Below are positions 37,960-52,549 of a stretch of DNA of 64,000 nt, piece by piece. Source of the DNA: Chrysomallon squamiferum. Taxonomy: Eukaryota; Animalia; Mollusca. Both the position numbers and the translations under genes were made by a program. Where the stretch lies: NCBI GenBank assembly GCA_012295275.1, contig CM022665.1:372001-436000 (forward strand), read 5' to 3'. The notes under the pieces were generated by a model. The model did no database searches and was not told the DNA's origin. It saw nothing but the letters and a program-made list of their open reading frames with translations. The stretch's first letter is position 1; each line of letters begins with the position of its first letter.

Positions 37960-40813
37960 TTTCTGTTATTTTTCTAAGTGCAGGTAACACAACGTAAACA
38001 GTTCAGAGTCTAATCAAGTGGACGCTGTGTATTGAGAATATTATGCAGAATCAGTTATTGTGCTACCATTTAGATCAGTTTTATTCGTGTCAGAGTTGGT
38101 TTTATGGACAATGTTCAAGAAAATCCAAAAATTCCATGTTGACCGCCGTTTAAAACGAAGAGTATTCAAAGAAAATGAAATAGAAAGCTGTAATAGAAAT
38201 AAAGTTCAATGTAATCTTACTCTGATGAAAATATATGTTATATTTTTACATCGCTATTTTTTATACGTGGCAAATTAATCCATTGAGTATAATGTACATG
38301 AAAATATTAAAAATATTTATGTTTCTCTATCAGAAAATCTTTCTAGATTTATCAAGAGTGAGTTAAAGTAATAAAAATGGAATTATATTATAATAACAAC
38401 ATTTAGAAACTCAGCAAAATATAAATAAATAAATAAATAAGATAATATTTGCTCCCTAGATTATGAGGTTTTTCCTTAGCAAAGGTTCAATGGAAAGTCG
38501 CCATGTTTATGTTTCTTTGTACGCGTAAGTTGAGTCACGTGATCGTTACGAGCTAATGACGACCCGGATACGTTTTGTTGTCTGTTGTTAATATATCTAT
38601 GAGTTCGAGCTGTTCTTTACAGAAATAATGTAATTAAGAATTTAGGTAAGTTGATAAACATTTTAATAACAGTTTTCTATATCTAGTAATTTATGTCCGT
38701 AAATAAATATTTATGTCTGTAGTTATATCTGTACTTTTTAAATGTATGAAACTGATTTTCACATTACTTACTTGTTTACATTGTGTAAGTGTTCACAGCT
38801 AATAGCTTTTCTCGTCGACTTTATTCGTCTCAAACACTGACGTAACAAACACGTAGACTTTGAATTTAGCTAAAGAGTTTAATAACATGATCAGTCTTTG
38901 AAATAATAATTACGTTTTAACACATTTTATTATATTCAGATAGTAGAGAAAACTATCTTGTATTCTCTTTGTTACAAACGACAACCAGACGGTCGCAAAC
39001 AAAGAACCATTTCTGTCCCTAGACTATTTGAATATTGTTTTTGATAATAGTTAGGAGTTTATAGACTAAGTGCTAAAATTAATATTTAAAATTATTAGAT
39101 TTATGTTGCTAACATTATAAAATATTTCCGTGTTATTTCTTTCTTTTCTGAAACCGAAACTTGTAAATTTTCACAGCTAATAAGGAAGCTTTTCTAGGCG
39201 AGACAGTCGTTATCGATTACTGAAAGACACTTCGGAAACGTAAGTTTTGTTGTCTTTTTTTTTTTTAAATATGTCAATGTGTCTGAGTTGTTCTTTATAG
39301 AAATAATGTTATTAGGAATTTAGATAAGTTTAGAGACGTTTAAATAACAGTTTTCTCTATCCAGTAGTCAGATATTCATGACTTTATATATAATATTTTT
39401 AAAACATATGAAACCGATTTTAACTTTACTTCCTTGTTTTACGTTGTGTAAATTTTCACAGCTGGTAATGAAGCTTTTCTAGGCGATTTTATTCGATTCA
39501 GTGAGTGACGTAAAACATTCGTTGATCTTGGATTTAGTTAAAAACTAATAATAATATAAAAAAGTTTAAAACAAGACCAGTATTTTAACACATTAAATTT
39601 TAACTATCTTCAGATAATACAGAAAACGACATTCATTTGTATTTGTTAGGAGCGAGAACGAAAAGGTCATAATTATTGACCTGTTTGTGTCGTCCACTTC
39701 TTGAGTATCGTTTTTAATAATAGTTAGGAGTGTATAGAGTAAGTGTTAAGACAAATATTTAAAACTATTACCTTTTTGTTACTAATATTATAAAATATTT
39801 TTTTTTTTTTTTATCTACAGAAACCTCTAATATGCCTGACAAGATTTAAGTTAAAAATGTAGAAAACGTTTGGTAATTTTTACTTTTATCTTACTTTTTA
39901 TTTTATTTTCTATTAAATATATATATATATATATAATACATGTCTTATTTGATTTTTTAATTAAATTGTATTTAATTAGTTATTTTATTTAGTTTTGTTT
40001 ATTTATATGATTTATATTTCTTATACTAAAACATGCATTTTTCTAAATTTAAATAACAACTAAGTGCTTCATGTACATGACAAACGTTCTTGTATATTAT
40101 TTTCCTATATGCGTGAATAAAATGTACTCAGATTTGAATAAACATTTCGAAGTCTTTTTAGTATGATATTATTTCTACTGGGCGGTATCAAAAGTTGCTG
40201 TCAGACACAGTATGAACACTTAACAGTTCTGCAGTTGGACTCTCTATATTCAGAATATTATGTAGAATCTGTCGTTATTCTAGTGCTAACATTTAGATAA
40301 TGATGCATTCGAGAAAATCGTCAAATTCTTCTGGTATCTTACAATTTAAATATGTCTTTTCTTTTATTTATTTATCAGAGGGTATCGTTGAAACTTTACA
40401 CCAGTTTTCATAGTGCGGTAACAAAAGGTGCTGTCAGACACAATATAAACAGTTTACTGTTTTGGAAGTCGGCTCTGTGTATTAGAATATTATAGAGTCA
40501 GTTATTGTCAATATGCTACCAGTTAGGTCAGTTCTACTCATGTGAGAGTTGGTTTTGTGGACAATGTACAGGAAGATCCAAACATTCCAAATTGATCGCT
40601 GTTTTATAGCAAGAGTATTCAAAGAAAATAAACTGAGTTGGTCTTAATAAGACATAAGACAAAGGAAGTTACTATAAGAGAAAGTTTGCAGTGTAAACAA
40701 TATACCTAGTTGTAATATGAATAATATTTAGTTAACTTTTACTAGAATAAAATATAATGTCTTCAACAGATTATAAATAAATCAATAAACATGGAAACAA
40801 ATTAATTAAAAAC

Positions 40814-40844
<31 letters not shown>

Positions 40845-43540
40845 GTGAAGATAAGTTAAGTTAAGTTAAATTAAATTAAATTAAATTAAATTAAATTAAA
40901 TTAAATTAAATTAAATTAAACTAAATTAAATTATGTTTGTTGCCTAGATTATGATATTTTTCTTATTAGCGATTCAAAGTCGCCAAGTTTATTTAAATGT
41001 CTTTGTACACGTAATTTCAGTCACGTGATCGTTACGACATAGAAACGACCCACACACATAGAAACGACCCATCTAATGAATCGAGGTGTCTGAGCTGTTC
41101 TTTACGGAAATAATTTGATTCGGAATTTAGGTACGTTTATCACAAATTTAATAACGGTTTAAGTACCTAGTAAGTTATGAGATTATTCTCAATAGCAGTT
41201 AGATTTCTGGAATGTTAACAAGTTTATTTATATCACTTTTGTACACGTAATTTGAGAACATGATCGTTACGAGGTCGAGAAAACCCGTATACATTGTGTT
41301 GTGTATGTTTTAATATATCGAAGAGTTTGAGCTGTTCTTTACAGAAACAATGTTACTAGGAATTTAAGCAAGTTTATAAGTATTTTAACAACAGTTTTCT
41401 GTATCTAGTAATTTATGCCTGTAAATATATATTTATTTCGGTAGATAGATTTATGTTTTTTTGAAATGTATGAAACTGATTTTTTACGTTGTGTAAATGT
41501 TCACAGCTAATAACGAACATTTTCTCGTCGATATTATACGATTCAATGAGTGACGTAAAACATTCGATTGCATAGGTAATAGGCACGTAGAACTTGGATT
41601 TAGTTAAGAGTTTAATAACATGACCTGTGCTTGAAATAATAATTAGGTTTTAACATATATTATTATATTCAGATAATTTGTTACAATCGGCACCAGAAGG
41701 TCATAAATGGTGACCCGTTTCTGTCCCTAGACTTTTGAATATCATTTTATAGGAGTTTATAGCGTAAATGCTAAAACAAATATTTAATATTATTAGATTT
41801 ATGTTGCTAACTTTATAAAATATTTCCGTGCTATTTCTTTCGTTTCTGAAACCGAAACTTATATTTATGACGAAAATATTTCCTGTAACGTTCGAGAACA
41901 TAGTACATACTTATACGAGAAATTTAAATTATTAGAATTATATATATAATGGTTTATTATAATTTATAGACATGTACATTTTATGTGTATTTTTTTATGG
42001 GACACAATACAAACAGTTTAATGCTTTGCAACCGGGCTCTATATATTCAGACTATCATACTCTTGTTATTGTTCTACCATTTAGATCAGTTTTATTCCTG
42101 TCGCGGTTGGTATTATGTATAATATATAAGAAAATCCGAAGATTTAATTGCTGTTGAATAGCAAGTGTATTTAAAGAAAAGAAACTGCAATTCTGTAATA
42201 TGAATAAAGATAAGTGTATTTACTATAATGAAAGTAACATATTATTATATTTTATACATGTCAAATTAGTCCACTGAGTATGAAATACATGAAAATATCA
42301 CAAATATTTATATTTGTCTGTCAGAAAACCTTTCTACATTTATGAAGAGAAAGTTAAAGTAATAAAAATATAAGTAATATTATAATAACAACTTTTATTA
42401 GGGCAAAACAAAGTTCACCATTTAAACAATAAAGCTGGTTGTATTTAGTTTAATATTTAGTTAAGTAGAATAAATAAATAAATAAATAAATAAGTAAGTA
42501 AGTTAATAAATAAAATACTTAAATAAATAAATGAAATGAAATATATAAACAAACAAATAAAATAAAATAAATGTTTGTTGTCTAGACTCTAGAGTATCAA
42601 ATTTTTCTGATGAATAATATTTAGTTAACTTTTACTCGAACAAAATAGAATGTATTCAACAAAATATAAATAAATAACTAAATAAATAAGTAATAAAATG
42701 AAAAATGGTTGTAGCCTAAGTTATGAGATTATTCTCAACAGCAGTTAGATTTCTCGAATGTTACCAAGTTTATTTATATCACGTTTGTACACGTAAATTG
42801 AGACACGTAATCATTACGAGACAACCCGTATACGTTTTATTTTCTGTTTTTAATGTATCGAAGGGTTTGAGCTGTTCTTTATAGAAATAATGTTACTAGG
42901 TATTTAAGTAAGTTTACAAAAAAAATATTAACAGTTTTCTCTATCTAGTAATTTATGTCTATAAATATACATTTATCTCTGCAGAGATATTTAAACTTTT
43001 TAAATGTATGACACTAATTTAACATTACTTCCTTGTTTACGTTGTATAAAATTTCACAGCTATTAACGAAATTTTTCTCGTCCATTTTGTTGGATTCAGT
43101 GAGTCATGTAAAACATACTTAGACATTGGATTTAGTTACAGAGTTTAATAACATGACCAGTATTTTAAATAATAATTACGTTTTAACATATTAAATTTTT
43201 CTAAATATATCAGTAATTTATTTCAGAACTGCTATGACAGAGATATTGATCTTAATGAAAATAGAAGATGTCACGGTATGTTATTAGAAAAGTGTAGGTT
43301 TACCAAAAAACATTAGACACATCGCATAGCCCAAAATCGGAATATCACAAAATAAACGAAGATAGAAATATTGAAGAATTTTACGTCCCAGAAAATGATA
43401 TTTTAAATGAGTTCGTGTCAACAGAATTAAAATTTACAAAAATCTTATTTCATTTTATTCACAAATCTGAAGGACTGAGTTGCGTTCTAAGTGAAACAAC
43501 AAGAAACACAGAACGTGCAACTGTAGGTATATTGTAGATT
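37960..43540 (+). repeat. Inner inverted repeat, left arm (about 5.6 kb)
   Basis: Reverse-complement colinear with 46815-52510, e.g. ORF 41701..41901(-) vs 48385..48585(+); 37997-38050 vs 52420-52474. Confidence 0.92.
43227..43526 (+). pseudogene. Orphan IAP linker exon of a third paralog (one frameshift in an A homopolymer)
   Basis: tttcag| acceptor, gtag|gtatat donor. Starts NCYDRDIDLNE and ends SETTRNTERATV, compared with [10 protein letters not shown]...[11 protein letters not shown] in copy A. Confidence 0.6.
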
Positions 43541-43672
43541 TATTTCATTGTACTTGATTTATTTATCTCGTTAGTTAGTTTTCTTTTCTTCGTTTTCTTC
43601 TTTTTTTATGCTATATTTTTCTTTACTATTGTTTTCGTTATTATTATTATTATTATTGTGTTGTTGTTACTG

Positions 43673-43872
43673 NNNNNNNNNNNNNNNNNNNNNNNNNNNN
43701 NNNNNNNNNNNNNNNNNNNNNNNNNNNNNNNNNNNNNNNNNNNNNNNNNNNNNNNNNNNNNNNNNNNNNNNNNNNNNNNNNNNNNNNNNNNNNNNNNNNN
43801 NNNNNNNNNNNNNNNNNNNNNNNNNNNNNNNNNNNNNNNNNNNNNNNNNNNNNNNNNNNNNNNNNNNNNNNN
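43673..43872. other. Assembly gap (200 N)
   Basis: N run. Confidence 1.
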
Positions 43873-46348
43873 TTATATATGTTTGTATTGAATGAAATCG
43901 ACTAGAAAAGCTTCGATATGTGCTATGAAACTTGGAAGAAAAATTAAAATTAGTTTCATTAATATCTCTTTACTGGATGAAGAAAACATTAAAATGTTTA
44001 TTAACTTACCTAAATTCCTAATCAGTTGATTTATGTAAATGACAGCTCAAACATACTGATAAACACATCGATTTTTTCCCTTTGATTTTTCTCGAACGTT
44101 ACCGGAAATATTTTAGTCGTAAAAATAGAGGTTTCGGTTTCGGAAAAAAAAGAAACAACACGGAAATATTTCCTAATGTTATCAAAATAAAGCTGACAAT
44201 TTTAAATGTTTGTCTGAACACTCACTCTATACACGATACTGAAGAAGGGTGATAATGAGATACTTCAGTATTTGCAAAAAATACAAAAAACGGTTGTTTT
44301 CTGTTATCTGAATATAATAAAATATGTTAATAAATATTTCAAACACTGGTCATGTTATTAAACTCTTTTCACTAAATTAAATCGAAGGTCTAAATTAAAT
44401 TAGCTGTTAAAATTTACACAGTGTAAACAAGGAAGTAATGTTAAAATCAGTTTCATACATTTAAAAAATACAAATATATCTACAGACATAAATGTATATT
44501 TACACACATAAATTACTAGATATAGAAAAATGTTATTAAAATGTTTATAAACTTCTAAAAATTCCAGATTAAATTATCTCTGTAAAGAACGGCTCAAGTT
44601 CATCGGTGAATTAAAAACTGACAACAAAATATTTATGGATGGTCACTACGTCGTAACGATAGAAATAAGCTTAGCAAACCATTGAACTGCTCATAATCTT
44701 AGCCACAAGTCTTTTCATTTTTTATTTGTTTCTTTGTTTGCTTGTTTATATATTTCATTTCATTTATTTATTGATGTGTTTTATTTTATTTTATTTTATT
44801 TATTTATTTATTTACAATTTTTTGAATACATTGCATTTTTTTCTTATAGTAAAAGTAAACAAAATATTACTAAGTACATTGTTTACACGACAAACTTTCC
44901 CATATAACTACTTCCTATGCCTTATGCCTTAATAAGACCAACTAAGATTTGAATAAACAATTTCTAAATATTGTTATTTTTATATTAGTTCCATTTTTAT
45001 TACTTTAACTTACTCTTCATAAATCTAGAAATATTTTCTGATAGACAGATACAAACATTTATAATATTTTCATGTACTCAGTAGACTAAAATAATAATAT
45101 TAAAATATATTTCTTTAATTACAGTACAAATACACGAATATTTATTAATATTAGAGTATTCTATATATTTTTTTTTTTTTTTGAATACTCTGGTCATTAA
45201 ACAGCGGTCAATTTGGAATCTTTGGATTTTCCTATATATTATACATAAAACCAACTCTGACAGGAATAAAACTGATCTAAATGGTGGCACATAACAAAAA
45301 CTGATTCTGTATAATATTCTGAGTCGACTTGCAAAACTGTAAACTTTTCATTTTGTGTCTAACAGTAACTTTTGTTATCGCCCTGTGAAAACTGGTGCAA
45401 AGTTTTACTGATACGCTCTCATAAATAAATAAATAAAAATTATTTCTAAATCATAAGATACCAGTAGAATTTCGACATATTCGTAGGTATATTTTCTTGT
45501 CTTTTCTTTTTGTTTGTTTGTTTGTTTATTAGTTTGTTTTTACATTTTATTCTTAGCTAACTGATTTGTCTTGTATATTTTACTGTAAAATTCCGAAACA
45601 AGGAGTTTTCTGAGATCCCTATCATTTTCAGAGAATTTATGAAATAATTTTTCTTTCACTTGGATATTTGGTAACTTCATTAAGATCAGTATAGTCCATG
45701 ACCTAGGTATCTAAGTTTTGAGTTTGTGTAACAAACTGATGAAGATATCCTGTTTTTATAAATAATAATAATAATAATAAACAAATAAATAAATAAATAA
45801 GTAAATTCATTAATTATTTTTTTTACAAAACAAATAATAATAGTAGTAGTAAAAATAAATTTAAAAATGTCCATTGACATTTTTAACTCAAATGTTGTCA
45901 GGAATAGTAGGTCTTCAATTCTAAAAACAGAGCTTTCAGTTTCACGAAGGAGAGAAAGAAAAAAGAAATACTTTATAATGTTAGCAACATAAATCTAATA
46001 ATTTTAAATATTTGTCTTAACACTTACTTACTCTGTACACGTCTAACAGTTTTTGAGAACCATATTAAAGAAGTGGGAGACACAAATCTTTGTGACCTTC
46101 TCGTTGTCTCTCGTAACAAATACAAAAGAAATTAATTTTTCTCCATTACATGAATATAGTAAAACAGGATACAACGTAATCATTATTTAAAATACTAGTT
46201 TTATTATTAAACCTTTCTTAAAACTAAATCCAAGGACTATGCATGTTTCACATGAGTCAATGAATGTAATAAAATCGACGAGAAAAGCTTCATTATTAGC
46301 TGTGAAAATGTTAACAATGTTAAACAAAAAAGTAAAGTTATAAACTGC

Positions 46349-46390
<42 letters not shown>

Positions 46391-46814
46391 TGCAAAAAAG
46401 GCTGTGCAGTCATATCGGAATTCTTATGAAGGCGTGCTTTTATTTTAAACTTCATGATCACAAATAACAGTTTTGACAGTGGTTCACAATAGTGTCAAAA
46501 CCTATCACAGATTCCTTTTGTGCCAGGATTAAAGTTTGATCAAAGTTTTGACCTGTACGTACTAACGGCGCACTGACACAGCTATTATGTTGGCCCGCTT
46601 TTATCGGCGTGTTTTTGTAGGTGTGCCTTTTACTGCATTTTTAACCTTGTCACAAATAACAGAGGTTTCAGTTTCACAAAAGAAAAGAACTACAAGGAAA
46701 TATTTTATAATGTTAACAACGTAAAATTAATAATTTTAGACATGTATTCGTGTGTGTTTGTGATTTTGTGTGTGTGTGTGTGTTTTATAATAATATGCAT
46801 ACTTTGCTTCAACT

Positions 46815-49800
46815 AACTGCACGTTCTGTGTTTCTTGTTGTTTCACTTAGAACGCAACTCCGTCCTTCAGATTTGTGAATAAATAAGATTTTTGTAAATT
46901 TTAATTCTGTTGACACGTACTCATTTAAAATACCATTTTCTGGGACATAAAATTCTTCAAAATTTCTATCTTCAAATTCTTTTTGTGATATTCCGATATT
47001 GGGCTATGCGATGTGTCTAATGTTTTTTTGGTAAACCTATACTTTTCTAATAACATACCGTGACATCTTCTATTTTCATTAAGATCAGTATCTCTTTCAT
47101 AGAAGTTTAATATGTTAAAACGTAATTATTATTTCAAATACTGGTCATGTTATTAAACTCTGTAACTAAATCCAATGTCTAAGTATGTTTTACATGAATC
47201 ACTGAATCCAACAAAATGGACGAGAAAAATGTCGTTAATAGCTGAGAAATTTTATACAACGTAAACAAGGAAGTAATGTTAAATTAGTGTCATACATTTA
47301 AAAAATATAAATATCTCTGCAGAGATAAATGTATATTTATAGACATAAATAACTAGATAGAGAAAACTGTTAATATTTTTTTGTAAACTTACTTAAATTC
47401 CTAGTAACATTATTTCTATAAAGAACAGCTCAAACTCTTCGATACATTAAAAACAGAAAATAAAACGTATACGGGTTGTCTCGACCTCGTAATGATTACG
47501 TGTCTCAATTTACGTGTACAAAATCAACTTGGTAACATTCCAGAAATCTAACTGCTGTTTAGAATAATCTTATAACTTAGGCTACAACCATTTTTCATTT
47601 TATGACTTTTTTATTTATTTATTTATATTTTGTTGAATACATTCTATTTTGTTCTAGTAAAAGTTAACTAAATATTATCCATCAGAAAAATTTGATACTC
47701 TAGACAACAAACATTTATTTTATTTTATTTTTTTGTTTATATATTTCATTTCATTATTTATTTAAGTATTTTATTTATTAACTTATTTATTTATTTATTT
47801 ATTTATTCTACTTAACTAAATATTAATCGTACTACGACCAGCTTTATTGTTTAAATGGTGAACTTTTTTTTGCCTTAATAAAAGTTGTTATTATAATATT
47901 ACTTATATTTGTATTACTTTAACTTTCTCTTCATAAATGTAGAAAGGTTTTCTGACAGACAAATATAAATATTTGTGATATTTTCATGTATTTCATACTC
48001 AGTGGACTAATTTGACACGTATAAAATATAATAATATGTTACTTTCATTACAGTAAATACACTTATGTTTATTTATATTACAGAATTGCAGATTCTGTTC
48101 TTTAAATACACTTGCTATTCAACAGCGATTAAATCTTCGGATTTTCTTATATATTATACATAATACCAACCGCGACAGGAATAAAACTGATCTAAATGGT
48201 AGAACAATAACAAGAACAGATTATGTATGATAGTCTGAATATATAGAGCCCAGTTGCAAAGCATTAAACTGTTTGTATTGTGTCCCATAAATAAAATATA
48301 CATAAAATGTACATGTCTATAAATTATAATAAACCATTACATATATAATTCTAATAATTTAAATTTCTCGTATAAGTATGTACTATGTTCTCGAACGTTA
48401 CAGGAAATATTTTCGTCATAAATATAAGTTTCGGTTTCAGAAACGAAAGAAATAACACGGAAATATTTTATAAAGTTAGCAACATAAATCTAATAATATT
48501 AAATATTTGTTTTAGCATTTACGCTATAAACTCCTATAAAATGATATTCAAAAGTCTAGGGACAGAAACGAGTCAACATTTATGACCTTCTGGTACCGTT
48601 TGTAAAACCTAATTATTATTTCAAACAGAGGTCATGTTATTAAACTCTTAACTAAATCCAAGTTCTACGTGCCTATTACCTATACAATCGAATGTTTTAC
48701 GTCACTCACTAAAATCGACGAGAAAAGCTTCGTTAGTAGCTCTGAACATTTACACAAAGTAAACAAGGAAGTAATGTTAAAATCAGTTTCATACATTTCA
48801 AAAAAACATAAATCTATCTACCGAAATAAATATATATTTACAGGCATAAATTACTAGACACAGAAAACAGTTGTTAAAATATGTATAAACTTACTTAAAT
48901 TCCTAGTAACATTATTTCTGTAAAGAACAGCTCAAATTCTTCGATATATTAAAACATACACATCACAATGTATACGGGTTGTCTCGACCTCGTAACGATC
49001 ACGTTTTCAAATTACGAGTACAAAAGTGATATAAATAAACTTGTTAACATTCCAGAAATCTAACACTTATTGAGAATCATCTCATAACTTACTAGATACA
49101 TAAAACCGTTATTAAATTTTTTGTAAACTTACCTAAATTCCGAATCAAATTATTTCCGTAAAGAACAGCTCAGACACCTCGATTCATTAGATGGGCCGTT
49201 TCTATGTGTGTGGGACGTTTCTATGTCGTAACGATCACGTGACTGAAAGTACGTGTACAAAGTGATATAAATAAACTTGGCGACTTTGAATCGCTAATAA
49301 GAAAAATATCATAATCTAGTTAACAAACATTATTTAATTTAATTTAACTTAACTTAACTTCACTTATTTATATATTTATTTATTTAGTTATTTAGTTGTT
49401 GATTTTTTTGTTTCCATGTTTATTGATTTATTTATAATCTGTTGAAGACATTGTATTTTATTCTAGTAAAAGTTAACTAAATATTATTCATATTACAACT
49501 AGGTATATTGTTTACACTGCAAACTTTCTCTTATAGTAACTTCCTTTGTCTTGTGCCTTATTAAGACCAACTAGTTTATTTTCTTTGAATACTCTTGCTA
49601 TTAAACAGCGGTCAGTTTGATGTTTGGATCTTCCTGTACATTGTCCACAAAACCAACTCTGACATAAATAGAACTGATCTAACTGGTAGCACACTGACAA
49701 TAGCTGACTCTGTGTAATATTCTAATACTCAGAGCCGACTTCCAAAACAGTAAACTCTTTATATTGTGTGTAACAGCACCTTTTGTTACCGCACTATGAA

Positions 49801-50271
49801 AACTGGTGTAAAGTTTCAACGATACCCTCTGATAAATAAATAAAAGAAAAGACATGTTTAAATTGTAAAATACCAGAAGACTTTGACGATTTTCTCGAAT
49901 GCTTCATGATCTAAATGTTATCACAACAACAACGACAGATTCTGCATAATATTCTGAATATAGAGAGTCCAACTGCAAAACTGTTCAGTGTTCATACTGT
50001 GTCTAACAGCAACTTTTGATACCGCCCAGTAGAAAAAATATCATAATAAAAAGACTTAGAAATGTGTATTCAAATCTGGGTACATTTTATTTACGCATAT
50101 AGGAAAATAATATACAAAAACGTTTGTCATATACATGAAGTACTTACTTGTTATTTAAATTTTAAAAAATGCATGTTTTAGTATAAGAAATATAATTCAT
50201 ATAAATAAACAAAACTAAATAAAATAACTAATTAAATAAAATTTAATTAAAAAATCAAATAAGACGTATTT

Positions 50272-50323
<52 letters not shown>

Positions 50324-52510
50324 AAAAAATAATAAATAAAATAAAATAAAAGTAAAAATTACCAAATGTTTCCTACATTTTTAATTTAAATCTTGTCAGG
50401 CATATTGGAGGTTTCTGTATTACAAAAAAAAAAAAAAAATATTTTATAATATTAGTGACAAAAAGGTAATAATTTTAAATATTTGTCTTAATACTTACTC
50501 TGTACACTCCTAACTATTATTAAGAACGATACTCAAGAAGTGGACGACACAAACGGGTCAATATTTATGACCTTTTCGTTGTCGCTCCTAAGAAATACAA
50601 AAGAATTTCGTTTTCTGTATTATCTGAAGATAGTTAAAATTTAATGTGTTAAAATACTGGTCTTGTTTTAAACTTTTTGTTATTATTATTAGTTTTTAAC
50701 TAAATCCAAGATCAACGAATGTTTTAGGTCAGTCATTGAATCGAATAAAATGCCTAGAAAAGCTTCATCAGTAGCTGTAAAAATTTACACAACGAAAAAC
50801 AAGGAAGTAAAGTTAAAATCGGTTTCATATGTTTTAAAAATATTATATATACAGGCATTAATATCTGTTTACTGGATAGAGAAAACTGTTATTTAAACGT
50901 CTCTAAACTTATCTAAATTCCTAATAACATAATTTCTATAAAGAACAACTCAAACACATTGATATATTAAAAAAAGACAACAAAACTTACGTTTCCGAAG
51001 TGTCTTTCAGTATTCGATAACGAATGTCTTGAGGTCTGTTTATTAATACCACTTACGTGACTACGGCTTCACTCTATTAACTACAAGTCCAAACCAATGT
51101 TGACACGCACTGCGCATGCCCTTGTCTAACAGGAATGTGTTAGTTTATCAATACAGTTTTGATTAGTAATGTCTGAGATCATTCGTCTTTTGTGAAAAAT
51201 ACAAGTTTCGGTTTCAGAAAAGAAAGAAATGACACGGAAATATTTTATAATGTTAGCAACATAAATCTAATAATTTTAAATATTAATTTTAGCACTTAGT
51301 CCTTAGTAAACTCCGAACTATTATCAAAAACGATATTCAAATAGTCTAGGGACAGAAATGGGTCAACGTTTCCGAACGTCTGGTTGTTGTTTGTAACAAA
51401 TACAAAACAAGGTAGTTTTCACTACTATCTGAATATAATAAAATGTGTTAAAACGTAATTATTATTTCAAACACTGATCATGTTAGTAAACTCTTTAGCT
51501 AAATTCAAGGTCTACGTGTTTTTTACGTGAATGTTTGAATCGAATAAAATCGACGAGAAAAGCTATTAGCTGTGAAAACATACACAATGTAAACAAGTAA
51601 TGTGAAAATCAGTTTCATACATTTAAAAAGTATAAATATATCTATAGACATACATGTATATTTACAGACATAAACTGCTAGATACAGAAAACTGTTATTA
51701 AAATGTTTATCAACTTACCTAAATTCTTAATCACATTATTTCTGTAAAGAACAGCTCGAACTCATAGATATATTAACAACAGACAACAAAACGTATCTGG
51801 GTCGTCATTAGGTCGTAACGATCACGTGACTCAAGTTACGCGTACAAAGAAACATAAACATGGCGACTTTCCATTGAACCGCTGATAAGGAAAAATCTCA
51901 TAATCTAGGGAGCAAATATGATCTTATTTATTTATTTATTTATATTTTGCTGAATATATCAAAGTTAACTAAATATTAATAGTATCACAAATAGGTATAC
52001 TGTTTACATCAGAAACTTTCTTGTGCCTTAATAAGATGAACCCAGATTTAAAAAAAAAAAAAAAAAAAAAAAGATTTTCTAAATGTTGTTATTATAATAT
52101 AATTCCATTTTTATTACTTTAACTCACTCTTGATAAATTTAGAAAGATTTTCTGAGACACAAATATAGATATTCGTAATATTTTCATGTACATTATACTC
52201 AATGGATTAAAAAATAACGATGTTAAAAAATACCATATATTTTCATTAGAGTAAGATTACATTGAACTTTATTTCTATTACAGCTTTCTATTTCATGTTC
52301 TTTGAATACTCTTCATTTTAAAACGCGGTCAACATGGAATTTTTCGAATTTTCTTGAACACTGTTTTATACCAGCTCTGACACGAATAAAACTGATCTCA
52401 ATGGTAGCACAATAACTGATTCTGCATAATATTCTCAATACACAGCGTCCACTTGATTAGACTCTGAACTGTTTGTGTTGTGTTCCCTGCACTTAGAAAA
52501 ATAACACAGG
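46815..52510 (-). repeat. Inner inverted repeat, right arm, including an inverted copy of the orphan IAP exon (about 46818-47107)
   Basis: Reverse complement of 37960-43540 with scattered substitutions and indels. Confidence 0.92.
51030..51200 (-). promoter_or_regulatory. Compact core-promoter-like patch present only in the right arm
   Basis: TGCGCATGC (NRF1-like, 51111), CCAAT (51094), ACTACAAGTCC (ZNF143/THAP11-like, 51080), minus-strand donor GTAAGT at 51056-51051. Confidence 0.35.
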
Positions 52511-52549
52511 TTTCTTATAAAAAGAAAGAAAAAAATATGAGAAAAGTTT

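Noticed and set aside
41701-48585. Twin 66-aa ORFs MFSNVTGNIF... on opposite strands
   Set aside because: A by-product of the inverted repeat over the ISRE module; other copies are not open.
37960-52510. Inner inverted arms as TIRs of a Foldback/MULE element
   Set aside because: The arms consist of host IAP-derived modules, the transposase relic lies outside them, and no TSD was found.
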